Shown here: positions 1-19,400 of the stretch, piece by piece
Layout of the letters: every line of letters begins with the position of its first letter
Numbering within the stretch: position 1 is the stretch's first letter
DNA from: Anthoceros angustus
Taxonomy: Eukaryota; Plantae; Anthocerotophyta
NCBI GenBank assembly: GCA_010909165.1
Contig: MU008176.1
Span: 736,856-800,855, forward strand
Direction of reading: 5' to 3'
DNA: 64,000 nt
Made by a program: the position numbers and the translations under genes
Notes under the pieces: model-generated
Told to the model about the DNA's origin: nothing
The model's input: only the letters and a program-made list of their open reading frames with translations
Databases searched by the model: none

Positions 1-1018
1 TTCAAGTAGCTCCGCTCCACTTACAAACAATCCAGTCACAGAAAATGGAAACCTCCCCACTCAATCAGGTTGCTCGACAGAGACAAGCAACGGGTCTTTC
101 GTTTGCAATGAAGGTAGTAAGCGGAAGCTTGTGTTTTTAGCTGCGCTTTGGGCAAGCATTATGTGAACTAGCATGACATGGTTTATGTCTCTGCATGTTC
201 CAGGTAACTCACTTGCGGATTCTTGGAGGGTGCGTCCAACTGAAGGAGGGCACTTCACATTCACCAGTCGTAGGGCCAACAAGGACAGTGCGGTATCACC
301 CACCCCACTAGTTGCGAGTGAAAACTTTGACGGCAAACTTAGCGGCACATGCAGCACGGGGATTGGAGGCATTGGTCGTGGAAGGATCGTAAGGAGCCAT
401 GCTGGCAAGGAGAATGAAAAACCAGCGTATCTGAAACCTGAGGAGGGTAGCCACTCGTATGAGACTTGGGAAAAGCTCGCAGTCCGTACAGAAGGAGAGA
501 AAAGAAAGGATGGAAAAGTCAGAAGTAAGGTTCAGTCCTCAGGTGACTCTTCTGTAGGAGAGACGGCTGCTGGTTTTTTAGTGAAGGATGACGTTCCTGC
601 TCTCATGGTCGACAGCAGGTCCGAAGAGGGAGTTCCAGAGACACCGACTGAAAGACCAGTCTCTGTGGCCAGTGTCAGCTGTAGCACATTAACAGATGTG
701 GAAAAAAACGGTGTGGGATGGCGTTCTTTACCACGTTCAAAAAACAAGAAGACTCGTCGGCGAACAAGAACCTACAGATCTGAGAGCCCAGCCGATGTAG
801 TGGCCTGTGCAGCATCTATGATTGGAGACACGGTCCAAGCCGTGCGAAAAGTGAGAGAGGAGGCAGCCGAGCTGGCCTACCAGCTTGCTGAGTTGCATGC
901 CAAGGATGCTAACGCCTTGCGTTCAGCAGCTATTCTGATGTGTCAACATGTTGATCAACTCCAAGACGAAGTTCAGGTGAGCGGTTGCTCCAAGTGTCTT
1001 GCTACGACGACTCTGTGA
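1..1018 (+). CDS. Uncharacterised protein, family copy 1 (5' end outside window; low-complexity S/E/K region plus C-terminal predicted coiled coil)
   Basis: ORF 173-1018 is preceded by a plausible intron (donor gaag|gtagta ~113, acceptor gttccag| ~203). The C-terminal segment GDTVQAVRKVREEAAELAYQLAELHAKDANALRS recurs in paralogous form at 15627-15887. Positions 40-110 are homologous to the reverse complement of ~6125-6195. Function not recognised. Confidence 0.45.
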
Positions 1019-1884
1019 GTAATCACTCATCAAGTAACAATTTGAATGTTTGGAGCTGGTAGGAATTCCAAGACACATGGTCGACAAAGGAGCCTTCGTA
1101 TCCATGGAAAGATTTATTGCGGGAGGTCCTAGTTACAGTGAGTCTCATCTCTGGAGCACTGAGTGTCAAGACTTTGTTGAGTGCCCTTCGAAGGGCAGCA
1201 GCACAGGAAGGTAATTATTGTCCACGCCTGGGTTTTTCCGACCAGCTGAGTAATCTGATCTAGGCAGTGTACTGTGTACAACATGGTCCTCTCAACACTG
1301 CCTCCATGCTTGCAGGGTTCTGGAAGCAAACAGTCACGCGGCAGGAGAAAATGATTTTTGCCGCAGTGGTCTTGACCGTTGGTGCAAGGTTCGGAAATGG
1401 CTTGTGGAAGGGCTTGGTAAGAAGACCTTCAGAACTTCCTCTTTAAAGCAACTGTTAAATGTTGTGTTCCAACGAACGCTTGAATACGCTCCATTGATTG
1501 TGATCATGGCCTTGGCAGAACCAAGTCGCGTCTTCCAAGGAAAGCCGGCAACGGAAGCTTGCGGAGCAAATCAACACCATAGCCAAACGGGTCAACTTTC
1601 TCTCGGCTGTTTCCCACACCGACCCCACAGTAAGCCCTCTGCCCGCGGATGTGAACCCGTGAGCGTCTAGCCAAGTCCAATCAGGGCTGGCATCATCCGC
1701 CAGTACAGTTTGCATCGTTGCTAGTGGGATATGAAACTCTGTAAAACACAATCGACTACTATTCATGATCACTGTGTCTCTGGAGGCAGATTTAAAAGAC
1801 ATCTAGTTGTACTTCAGATGACTTCCAGTGCATAATCAGGACAGCGAAAAGATGAACACATGTTCAATCACTTTCGGAAGCTCC

Positions 1885-4761
1885 TTACTCCCCCACCTCC
1901 TTCACCTGCTTACTTACCTCTTCTATCATATCATGCAATTGTTTATGCCCTGGGCGACGAGAGTCGCCCACCAAAAAGTAGTGGGCTTGCCCTTCATGCG
2001 CAATCCAACTTTGCCCAGGCTCCTTCCACGCACCTTCCCTCTTTCTTGACAGCTCCACCTGCTGTGCTCGCTGCAGAAGGCCAGCATCAGCATAAATTTG
2101 TGACATCAACACATATGCCGCCGGATGCTTTGGCTGCAGATGAACTGCACGCGCAAATGCTGCTTGTGCTAGCGCCAGGTTGACGTGGGTCCGGCAGGCT
2201 GCCAACACAGACAACCATACGGCCACATCGGGCTGCATTGGCATTGTCGCTAGCATATTCTCTACTCTTGCAAACCTTCCTGCTCGCCCGAAGAGATCTA
2301 TTATGCTCACATAGTGCTCAATTTTCGGAGATATGCCATGACTTTTGGTCATAGATTCAAAGTACTCCACACCTTTGTCCACTAGGCCTGCATGACTGCA
2401 CGCCGAGAGAAGTAAAAGGAATGTCACTTCATCTGGACTAATACCCGCCAGCTGCATGTCCTCGTAACATTGCAGGGCTTCGTGACCACGGCCATACTGA
2501 GAATAAGCACCGAGCATTGCATTCCATGTTACCACACTTTTCGTGACCAATTTATTGAATACCATGCAGGCATCATCTAAGCTCCCGCACTTCGCATACA
2601 TATCCACCAAGCAACTTCCAAAGACCATGTCCGATTCTACTCCTTCCCCCTGAACCTGAACATGGAGTTGTTTCCCCTGATGTAATGCCCCAATGTTGGC
2701 ACATGCTTTTAAGAGGGATGTCAATATGACATGATCAGCTGTGATGCCCTCCCGGATCATCCTGGCGTAAAGGGCAAGGGCTTCATGCCCAAATCCGTCC
2801 TGAGAATAAGCTGTGAGCATGGAAGTCCACGTAACCACATCGCGTTCTGACAAATTCTCAAATACCCTACGGGCATCAGCTAAGCTCCCACACTTGGCGT
2901 ACATGTCCACCAAACAGCTTCCAACAACCACGTCAGCTTCCAGTCCGTTTTCTTGAACTCGAGAATGAATCTCCATTCCCTGATCTAATGCTCCAATGCT
3001 AGCACACGCTTTCAGCAGGCACACAAAGGTGACCTGATCAGCTGGAGTGATACCTTCCGTTTGCATAGCTGCATACAGAGCAAGGGCATCTTGACCAAGA
3101 CCATGATCAGCATATCCTGAGAGCATGGCAGTCCAGGATGCAACGGTCTTGGTTGCTAGACCGTCAAACACCATACGTGCATCATCCAAGCTCCCACATT
3201 TTGCGTACATGTCCACCAGGGAATTCCCAACCATTACATGAGCTTCCAGTCCTTTTTCCTGGAGCTCAGCGTGTATTTGCTTTCCTTGATCGAGCGCTCC
3301 AACACTTGCACACGCTTTAAGGAGGCATGCAAAGGCAACATGGTCGTCTGGAGCAATGCCATCTTGACGCATTCTAGCATAAAGAGTAAGGGCCTCCTGA
3401 CCAAATCCCTGCTCTGCATATCCTGAAAGCATGGCAGTCCAAGTAACCACATCTCTTTTGGCCAAATTGTCAAACACTCTGCGGGCATCATCTAAGCTGC
3501 CACATTTTGCATACATGCCCACCAGACAGTTGCCAATAACAACATCAGCTTCGAGTCCCTTCTCCTGAACCTGGGTATGCAGTTGCCTCCCAATATCTAG
3601 TGCTCCACTGCTGGCACATGCTTTGAGGAGGCAGACAATAGTAACCTGATCAGCTAGAGTGATGCCTTCCTCTTGCATACTTGCATAAAGATCCAGTGCT
3701 TCTTTGCCCAGCCCATGCTCTGCATATCCTGCAAGCATGGCAGTCCACGTCACAACATTCCTTGACACCAACTTGTCAAACACCCTTCGAGCGTCGTCCA
3801 GCCTACCACATTTGGCATACATGTCCACCAGGGAGCTCCCAACAACAACATCGCCTTCCAGTCCTTTTCCTCGAACTTGGGCATGAAGCTGCTGCCCCTG
3901 ATCCAAGGCCCCAGTCGTTGAACATGCTTTCAGAAGGCACACGAGTGTAACGTGGTCGGCCACAGTAATCCCCTCCTGTTGCATACATGCATACAGTGAA
4001 AGGGCTTCTTGACCAAGCCCGTGAAAGTTATACCCTCCCAGCATAGCGGTCCATGTAACCACATCCTTTGTAGAAAGGTGATCAAATATCCTACGGGCAT
4101 CATGTAGGCTCCCACATTTAGCATACATGTCCACAAGGCAGTTGCCAACATAGACGTCGGGCTCAACTGCAGTACTTAAGAGATCAGCATGGACCTGCCT
4201 GCCTGCAGTCAAATCTGCTGCACATGCACATGCTTTGAGAACTGCCACAAAAGTATGATTATCTGGCATCACGGTTGACTGCCGCATCTGCCAATACAGC
4301 TCTATTGCTTGGACAGCCTGCCCATGCTCAGCATGTGCCAAAATAATGCAAGACCACGAATGAGCATTTGGAGCGGATAGAGTGGTAAAAACCTGCAATG
4401 CTTCTTGCAATTTTCCATGAGTAGCATACATGCGGATCACATGGTTGCCCAGGAATCTGTCAGATTTATAACCATTTTTGACAATCACGCCATGAACCAT
4501 TTGACCAGTAACCAAATTCTTCTTTGCAATGCATCTCCTGAGGACCTGGTAGAGCAGAGAACTGGGAATATAAGACCCCCACTGCAGCAACAGGTCAAAT
4601 CCTTGACAATCCACAGTGAAGAGTTCTCTCTCCTGTACATCGCTTTCACATTGGACTCCCAAATCTTCTTCACACTCTGTCACACTGCAAGGTAGGGAAC
4701 TGTAAGTTGTCGTAACCAATTTAAGGATCCTGGGCTGAACAGCTTGGTATGGTATGAACAT
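1885..4761 (-). CDS. PLS-class pentatricopeptide repeat protein, E1-E2-E+ C-terminus, no DYW domain (organellar RNA-editing specificity factor type)
   Basis: Intronless 958-aa ORF with about 7 P-L-S triplets (LVDMYAKCGSLDDARRVFD / VVTWTAML.GY / TFVCLLKAC). It ends in LSACSHAGLVDKG...HYVSIIDLFGRAG...AYVLMSQIYADAG...KEPGQSWI...KEVGE*. The true start codon is uncertain. Confidence 0.95.
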   Translation of the reverse strand: MFIPYQAVQPRILKLVTTTYSSLPCSVTECEEDLGVQCESDVQERELFTVDCQGFDLLLQWGSYIPSSLLYQVLRRCIAKKNLVTGQMVHGVIVKNGYKSDRFLGNHVIRMYATHGKLQEALQVFTTLSAPNAHSWSCIILAHAEHGQAVQAIELYWQMRQSTVMPDNHTFVAVLKACACAADLTAGRQVHADLLSTAVEPDVYVGNCLVDMYAKCGSLHDARRIFDHLSTKDVVTWTAMLGGYNFHGLGQEALSLYACMQQEGITVADHVTLVCLLKACSTTGALDQGQQLHAQVRGKGLEGDVVVGSSLVDMYAKCGRLDDARRVFDKLVSRNVVTWTAMLAGYAEHGLGKEALDLYASMQEEGITLADQVTIVCLLKACASSGALDIGRQLHTQVQEKGLEADVVIGNCLVGMYAKCGSLDDARRVFDNLAKRDVVTWTAMLSGYAEQGFGQEALTLYARMRQDGIAPDDHVAFACLLKACASVGALDQGKQIHAELQEKGLEAHVMVGNSLVDMYAKCGSLDDARMVFDGLATKTVASWTAMLSGYADHGLGQDALALYAAMQTEGITPADQVTFVCLLKACASIGALDQGMEIHSRVQENGLEADVVVGSCLVDMYAKCGSLADARRVFENLSERDVVTWTSMLTAYSQDGFGHEALALYARMIREGITADHVILTSLLKACANIGALHQGKQLHVQVQGEGVESDMVFGSCLVDMYAKCGSLDDACMVFNKLVTKSVVTWNAMLGAYSQYGRGHEALQCYEDMQLAGISPDEVTFLLLLSACSHAGLVDKGVEYFESMTKSHGISPKIEHYVSIIDLFGRAGRFARVENMLATMPMQPDVAVWLSVLAACRTHVNLALAQAAFARAVHLQPKHPAAYVLMSQIYADAGLLQRAQQVELSRKREGAWKEPGQSWIAHEGQAHYFLVGDSRRPGHKQLHDMIEEVSKQVKEVGE

Positions 4762-5049
4762 GCGTAGGGAAGGCCATCTTGTCTACAAAAGCAGCTAAGA
4801 TAAGAGGCGGCAAAAAGAAGCAAGGACCTCCCGGACTTCCCACACTCAGCTCCTTTGTCAAACCCAGGCTGGTAGGATGCACACGCACCAGCAGTCTGTA
4901 CTGGTTGTAGTTTGCAGTATTCTGGCAGGTGGAACCATGAGGCACTTTTTGGTGCGCTGCACCAAAGGTCTGCATATTGGGGGTTTCTCTGCATTGATGG
5001 GATGTTTGAGTCACTTTTCCATCACTTCTTCCAACTGCCAGACAGCATA

Positions 5050-6350
5050 TAAATAGCGATCAGCAAATACCTTGGTTGAATTGTTCTCCTGACACTGTGA
5101 AGAATCAAGCGGAAATCGTCTCCGCAATGCTTCCTGTGACTCCACTGTCAAGCCACCTAAGCATAAGCAACTGAGAGCTTGTTAGCTGCAAATCTATCCT
5201 GAAAGGGAGTACCTATGAGGGACTATCAAATTTCTTACATTGGCTAGTTGAGGAGTTGCATTCCTCTGCTATAGCCAGCAATTCCTCACTATCAGCTCCC
5301 TGACGAAGTCTAGGCTGATGGGACGCTGTTGATGTCCCGATGGTCTTTCCTGGAAGGCTTTCACCTTTCATCCTTCCATGCCGTGAGACCACTGCCACCG
5401 TTGCGCCCTGTTGGAAGACGAATAGTTGGATTCTTGCTACAGGTTGGCATCGATAAAAAAATTGCTCAGATTGTCAGACGAACGGCTCGCTGAAATTCAT
5501 TACCTTGTACGAAATGCAGGCCCACCTGGGCAAACGATCTGCCGATGAGCTCGGTTCCCCTGCGAAACAGAAATACGTAAGAGTTTCGAGGTTCCACTGC
5601 TATACCAGCGTAAGACAAGTGAAGAGATGGAGTAAAGGTGAAGGACTCACAAGTACTGATAGCAGAAGTGCAGAATTGCGCTGCGTTGCGCAACGGATCT
5701 AGATGTCTGCAGCATTTCTCCGAGTGCTCCAGAGAGCCGCGAGGACAATTACTCTGGATTAGGCTCCATAGCACAAAATGGCCACCGAGATCCCCGCATT
5801 TCTTCATGTGGTACGCTCCCATTCCGGCAGCACATAGCAAAACCCGTTCACTTCCAACGCTCTGAGCTACACCAATCACCACGTTAAGCAGTGGAAGACC
5901 ATGCGGGGTTTACACACAAAGGGGTTCTGGATTGATTCCAACAACACTGCGCCATCCCCTTCCACCCATCTCCCTCCTCCATTCGCACTTGCAGATGTGA
6001 TAGTGCGACCCAGCTTTAGGAAAGGGGAGGCAACTGGACACAGACCTTGCTGCAGGTGTTGGTATTGATACTTCTGTGCAAATGCGGCAGCCTACGGGGT
6101 GAGCCTGACCAACCCGTCAGGCTTACCTGCGAAAGACAACCGTTGCTTGACCCTTCGGAGCAACCTGTTTGAGTGGAGAGGTTCCCACTCTGTTTGATCA
6201 GTTCATACTTGTTCTATGCTGTTTGCCGTCAAGTTCGCGACTACCGTCGCAAAACTGCGATGGGGTGCCTTGAAACTATAGGGCAGATGCCACTCAATTC
6301 TTCTTGTTCAGGCCAGGAATGATGCCGCTTCTACTCGTGTTCCGGTGGCG
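5050..6350 (-). pseudogene. Uncharacterised family copy 2 (inverted; contains a Cys motif, possibly CW-zinc-finger-like), frameshifted
   Basis: The reverse complement of 5900-6200 aligns by eye with 15160-15350 (gcatttgcacag...aagctgggtc.cactatc.catctg...ggaggagggagatgg...tgtgtaa.accc) and with 40-110. The shared intron acceptor is conserved. The frame is broken near HYHICKC. Boundaries approximate. Confidence 0.45.
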
Positions 6351-6548
6351 AGGCACAGCATGACGAGAGAAGACACGACACAGGATGAGAACAAAACATG
6401 ACGCAAGGCGCGATCCCTGCTACTCTACCATGGCCAGGGGTGGGCTGTCCCTGCACTCGGAGTATCGCAATTCCATGCTCACAACTCGGGTCCTCCGCTC
6501 ATCTGCCCATGCGCGCTCGCAACTAATCGCCCACAATCCATATCAGCA

Positions 6549-14245
<7,697 letters not shown>

Positions 14246-14989
14246 TATGTTCTATTTGGTCAGTAATAAGTTTTCAAAAATTTTATATTTTTATATATTA
14301 TAGGTAATATAAAAGTAATAAAAGTGAGAATACTTTGCGATTTAAGTAATAAAAGATGTCTCCACAAAGTCTAAATGTGACAACGTGACGATCTAAGAGA
14401 TACGTGACAACCTGATACATCGAGCTAGGAGCTTGGTGCCGGGAGTTTCAGAGATGGGTTGAGCCAACCGGCTTGGAGATTGGCTGGAAGTGTCACTAGA
14501 TGAATGATGGAGGCAGCTGCAAGTTTGTCAGGAGTTTGCTAACAGTCTTGACGAACCTACTCATTTTTTAGTGTTTGGACACAATCGAGCGGCTGTGTTC
14601 CCTTGGCGATTTTTCCTGGTACACTTCTTTTCGGTAGAACGTTGCCCCGAGACTTGGCTTTCCAACGAGTCGCTCCACAAAATGAACACCCAACGATAAA
14701 GCTCACACGGTGCTATGAGGGGAGATACCTCTTCTGCAAAATGCAGAAACTAGGCGTTTTGACGAATGATCTATGTAATTGCATGGTAAGGTAATTGCAT
14801 GGTAAGGTGTAGGACACCACCCTGCACATGTTCCCAACTTCTGTCAAACCAATGTGTTCATAGCAAATCACGTGAAGATTCCCCTGCCCGTCCCCAGCTT
14901 CGCCCACCGCGAACCACCGCAAAGTAGGAGACAGGATATGGAGTAGATGACCACAGGGACCTCGCTCTCTGAACAAGCCTCAACCTACA

Positions 14990-15890
14990 TGCCCTTCCCC
15001 ACACCAGACTTGCCCGTGCCTGCACTCAGGACTCACATAATCGAGTGCAAGAATGCCGCCTTTCTGCGTAGTCCCTTCAGGCAAAGCAGTTTCCCGCTCC
15101 ATGCCCTACTTGAATTGTTCTGGTAAGTTTCTGATCGAGTCCGTCACGCTTACCCTGTAAGCTCCCGCATTTGCACAGAGGTATCACCACCAACACATGC
15201 AAAAAGCGGGATGTCCAGCTGCCTCCCCTCTCCAAAAGCTGGGTCACACTATCGCATCTGTTGCGCATGTGGAGGAGGGAGATGGCTGGTGGAAGAGGAT
15301 GGCGCAGAGTTGTTGGAAACAATCCAGGAACTCTTCGTGTGTAAGACCCCTGGATGTCACCAGTAACTCACTTGCTAATCCTTCGAGGGTGCATCCAGCT
15401 GCTCACGTGACTCCTCATTAGGCGAGACGGCTGATAGGTGTTGTGCAGGAGAAGGATGACGTTCCTGCTGTCATGGTCGACAACAGGTCCGATTTTGGAG
15501 TTCCAGAGGCACCGAGAAGACCAGTGTCTGCGGCAAGTGCCAGCGAGACACCGAGTGGAAGGCTAGCCTCGTGTCTGCGGCCAGTGCAGCTGTAACACAC
15601 TGCACAGTAACGGATAGTGGAAAAAAATGGTGTGGGATGGCGTTCCTTCACATGCAGTTTTACCAAGACTTGTCGGCGAACAAGGAGCCAAAGATCTCAG
15701 AGCCCAGCTGACGCAGCTTCTTGAGATGGGAGACACGGTCCAAGCCGCGCGAAAAATGAGAGAAGAGGCAGCCGGGCTGGCCAACGAGCTTGCAGAGTTG
15801 CATGCCCGGGACGCTAACGCCTTGCGTTCAGTACCTGCCATGACGTGTCAACATGTTGATCAACTCAACAACGGAGGTCAGGTGTGAGAG
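14990..15890 (+). pseudogene. Uncharacterised family copy 3 (Cys motif YRICCACGGGRWL...FVCK plus coiled-coil C-terminus), frameshifted
   Basis: Splicing ttctg|gtaag to gcacag|ag gives ...YLNCSEVSPPTHAKSGMSSCLPSPKAGSHYRICCACGGGRWLVEEDGAELLETIQELFVCKTPGC. Positions 15440-15890 align with 580-980. Several frame breaks. Confidence 0.5.
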
Positions 15891-16488
15891 AACAGTCTCA
15901 ACTCGCCCCATCGCAGCTTTGAGATGGTATTCGCTTTTAAACAAGCAGGAACAGATGGGCTTCCAAACCAAAGTACAACATCCAACGAGTCTGAGGCCTT
16001 ATGTAGCAAGTCAATGGGACTGTGCTATAGCAAACCAGCAACTTTTTTTGAAAGAGCATGTAGTTTCTAAGCTGGCGGGTAGTCGAAAATCCTCGGAATG
16101 GCCGCAAGCCATACCGGCAAACTTCAGTCCTGCACCACAACGAGCACGAATTGAGCTGACCCACCATGACATTACCACTCGGACCAGTTCTATCGAGAGC
16201 CTTCAGCAACTGAAGCTAACACACTGGGTACCAAACTTTGCAAGTAGACAGCCTATGTAGGTATATACCCAACAATTTGCCTGTAAGACGCGATCTTACC
16301 ATTGGAAGAACCCCAAGTTGATCTGCAACTGAGAAGCAGTTGCCATGGTGCTTTTAATTCCAACTGTACCGGATACAGCAAGCTGGCGAGAAAGGATGAA
16401 GATTTCTACGTACAGGGATGGATCGATGTAACAGAGGTTGCGCCAGCATAACTTGCGTCAGTCATGGAACGACAACCGTTCATAGCCG

Positions 16489-19400
16489 TTATCTGCGAGG
16501 CAGATTCCGCAGAGGTCTCACTTCTTCGACAAAAGAGCGAAAGAAGGCTTTCAGATCCTGTAAGCCGGACCGCTGCAACAAATCGACTGTAGTCAGTTGT
16601 AGAACAAAACTGGAGACTTCCAGCCTTTTGTACTGCTCAAGTTCTCACCTGAAGTTGAAGACAGTACTGCTCAGCCAGATTGGGAGGGCAGTTCACTGCA
16701 GGTAACACGTTTGTCGCCAAATGCATCAGAAAATCGTCTCCGCACGTTTGGTATATAAGCTTCTGCACAGCCACAATTTCACCAAAAAGGAACCACTACA
16801 AACAACATGTGACCCGTCAGAATCAGAGAACGCAATTAATGCTGACGACAAACAACACGTACGAAGAGGCGTATCACACTTACAGTATTTGCATCGTTGA
16901 GGTCAAACGTTGTATTCAATACACTGTCAATGCAGCACTCTGCTGCAAACTGCTGAACAACAAACCGGCGAAATCCAGGAACCTACAGTCGGCAGACCAA
17001 CAAAGATGAAAATAAGACGCGCTTAAGAATTCCCATAAAAAAGCCCACACACACGAACTTTGTCGAAGCTCGGAGGGGGCTAATTGGCAAGTTACCTTCT
17101 CTTCTTCTGCACTGTTACCGCACCAATCTGAAATAAGCTTTGAGAAGACTAGCACGCACATCTGTCATTAAATTTAAGATTGAGATCAGAAGACACAAGT
17201 TGCTATAAATAACAATTGTCTATCAGCCAAAATGCCAAGCGGACCTTTCTCACGAGCACATCCCTATGATGGCAAACACCATCAAACAGTAAGCGGATTA
17301 CTTCATGTAACCACGGAAGATTTCCTGCTTCAAGGAGAATTGAAGACAAGTCGTTCGTACAAATTATATGGAAAAATGTGATGACAGTTCGCTGAAGTTC
17401 TTGCAACTCACGAACCTCCTATACAACGACAGCACAACAAGTAGTGAATCAGAATGAGCAGTGTTAAAACAGGCAGGCTACGTGCACACCATCTTGGCAC
17501 GTGTTTAGCAAAGAGGACAACAGTGCGTGCAAATGAATATACATGCAAACATTCAGAGCACACACAATAGGATGTAGTGCACGTTGCTAACCTCTGTGTT
17601 ACTACCTGGACCTTCTGGAAACCCATCTTTTGGAAGAAGGGCAAAAACACAACTCATCAGTCGCCCATATCCCTTTATGAGAATGTCCCTCATAGCCAGT
17701 TTGAACTTGCTCACGAGCTGATTAAACAGTTGAAGACACTCCACCACATCTTTTGGCTGGGGCACAAGCTACTTGTGAAAAAGCTATACAATTTGTGGGC
17801 AGGACACTGACAGATGCTATCATGGAAAGTCACGTGACTCACAACCTGTCATGCTAAAAACATCTCATATTCCATGCAGTGAACTCAATGCACCCAGACA
17901 GGTGACAGCTTCTTGAGTCAAACAAAGCAAAGGAGGCAATTGCTCAGGGTGTGGACATACATCAGTTTCAGTCAGTAGCTGCTCGATAGCTGTAGGAAGA
18001 AAAGGAAACACTTCACCGCCAAGAGTTTCCACCATTTGATGTAAAAATGAAACAACCTAGAACAAACGTGTCACCACTCACTGGTCCAAATCACTACTAA
18101 AGAAGTATCTTCTTGAACCACCTTCCGTAGCCAAGGACGACAGCATGTGCATCTACCTTGCTACGAAGGTCCTTGTTTTTGGGGAAGGCGATGAGAACAT
18201 GCAGTTTTACCAAGACTTGTCGGCGAACAAGGAGCCAAAGATCTCAGAGCCCAGCTGACGCAGCTTGAGATGGGAGACACGGTCCAAGCCGCGCGAAAAT
18301 GAGAGAAGAGGCAGCCGGGCTGGCCAACGAGCTTGCAGAGTTGCATGCCCGGGACGCTAACGCCTTGCGTTCAGTACCTGCCCGCATAAGGACACCAACA
18401 GCGCAGACAAGAATGTTGACTGCTTCTCTACAGGCAGCTCCTCCATCCCAAGTAGCAGCCCAATTGCCTGCAACGTTTTGAAGGCAACACAGGAAAGTAA
18501 GAACTGAGCTCTCGGACGCTAGAAGAAGGTACTTTACTTTTGCATTTTCATAGGCCCCTTCAAGCAGGTTGTACGTGTCAGCACATGGGTCTCATGAAGG
18601 CCAACAGCTCATCTCACCTCAAAGACATAGCTTCGATCTTGGGATAGAACATCATCTTGCGTGCTGGTAGTCAGCTTCAAAGTAGCTTCCAAGTTCTGTG
18701 AGAAATGCTAGAGGAACATGTCAGCAGGACTTCCGAGTTGCCATAAAATGTGACAATATGACATCCTTCCCAACAACATGCAAAACAAGCAGTGAACAGA
18801 AGTACTACCTGGACCTTCTGGAAACCCATCTTTTGGAAGAAGGGCAAAACACAACTCATCAGTCGCCCATATCCCTTTATGAGAATGTCCCTCATAGCCA
18901 GTTTGAACTTGCTCACGAGCTGATTAAACAGTTGAAGACAAGTCGCTCGTACAAATTATATGGAAAAATGTGACAATATGACATCCTTCCCAACAACATG
19001 CAAACATTCAGAGCACACACAATAGGATGTAGTGCACGTTGCTATAAATAACAATTGTCTATCAGCCAAAATGCCAAGCGGACCTTTCTCACGAGCTGAT
19101 TAAACAGTTGAAGACAAGTCGCTCGTACAAATTATATGGAAAAATGTGACAATATGACATCCTTCCCAACAACATGCAAAACAAGCAGTGAACAGAAGTA
19201 CTACCTGGACCTTCTGGAAACCCATCTTTTGGAAGAACCCCGTTGATCTGCAACTGAGAAGCAGTTGCCATGGTGCTTTAATTCCAACTGTACCGGATAC
19301 AGCAAGCTGGCGAGAAAGGATGAAGATTTCTACGTACAGGAAATGACAAATCATGTCTTTGGGATTCCAAGAAATGACAATCATGTCTTCGAGATGTCCC

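Noticed and set aside
1455-1880. Downstream DYW domain for the PPR gene
   Set aside because: Translation of the sequence just past the stop in three frames, and of the minus-strand ORF 1455-1802, shows no HxE, CxxC or terminal DYW-like motif.
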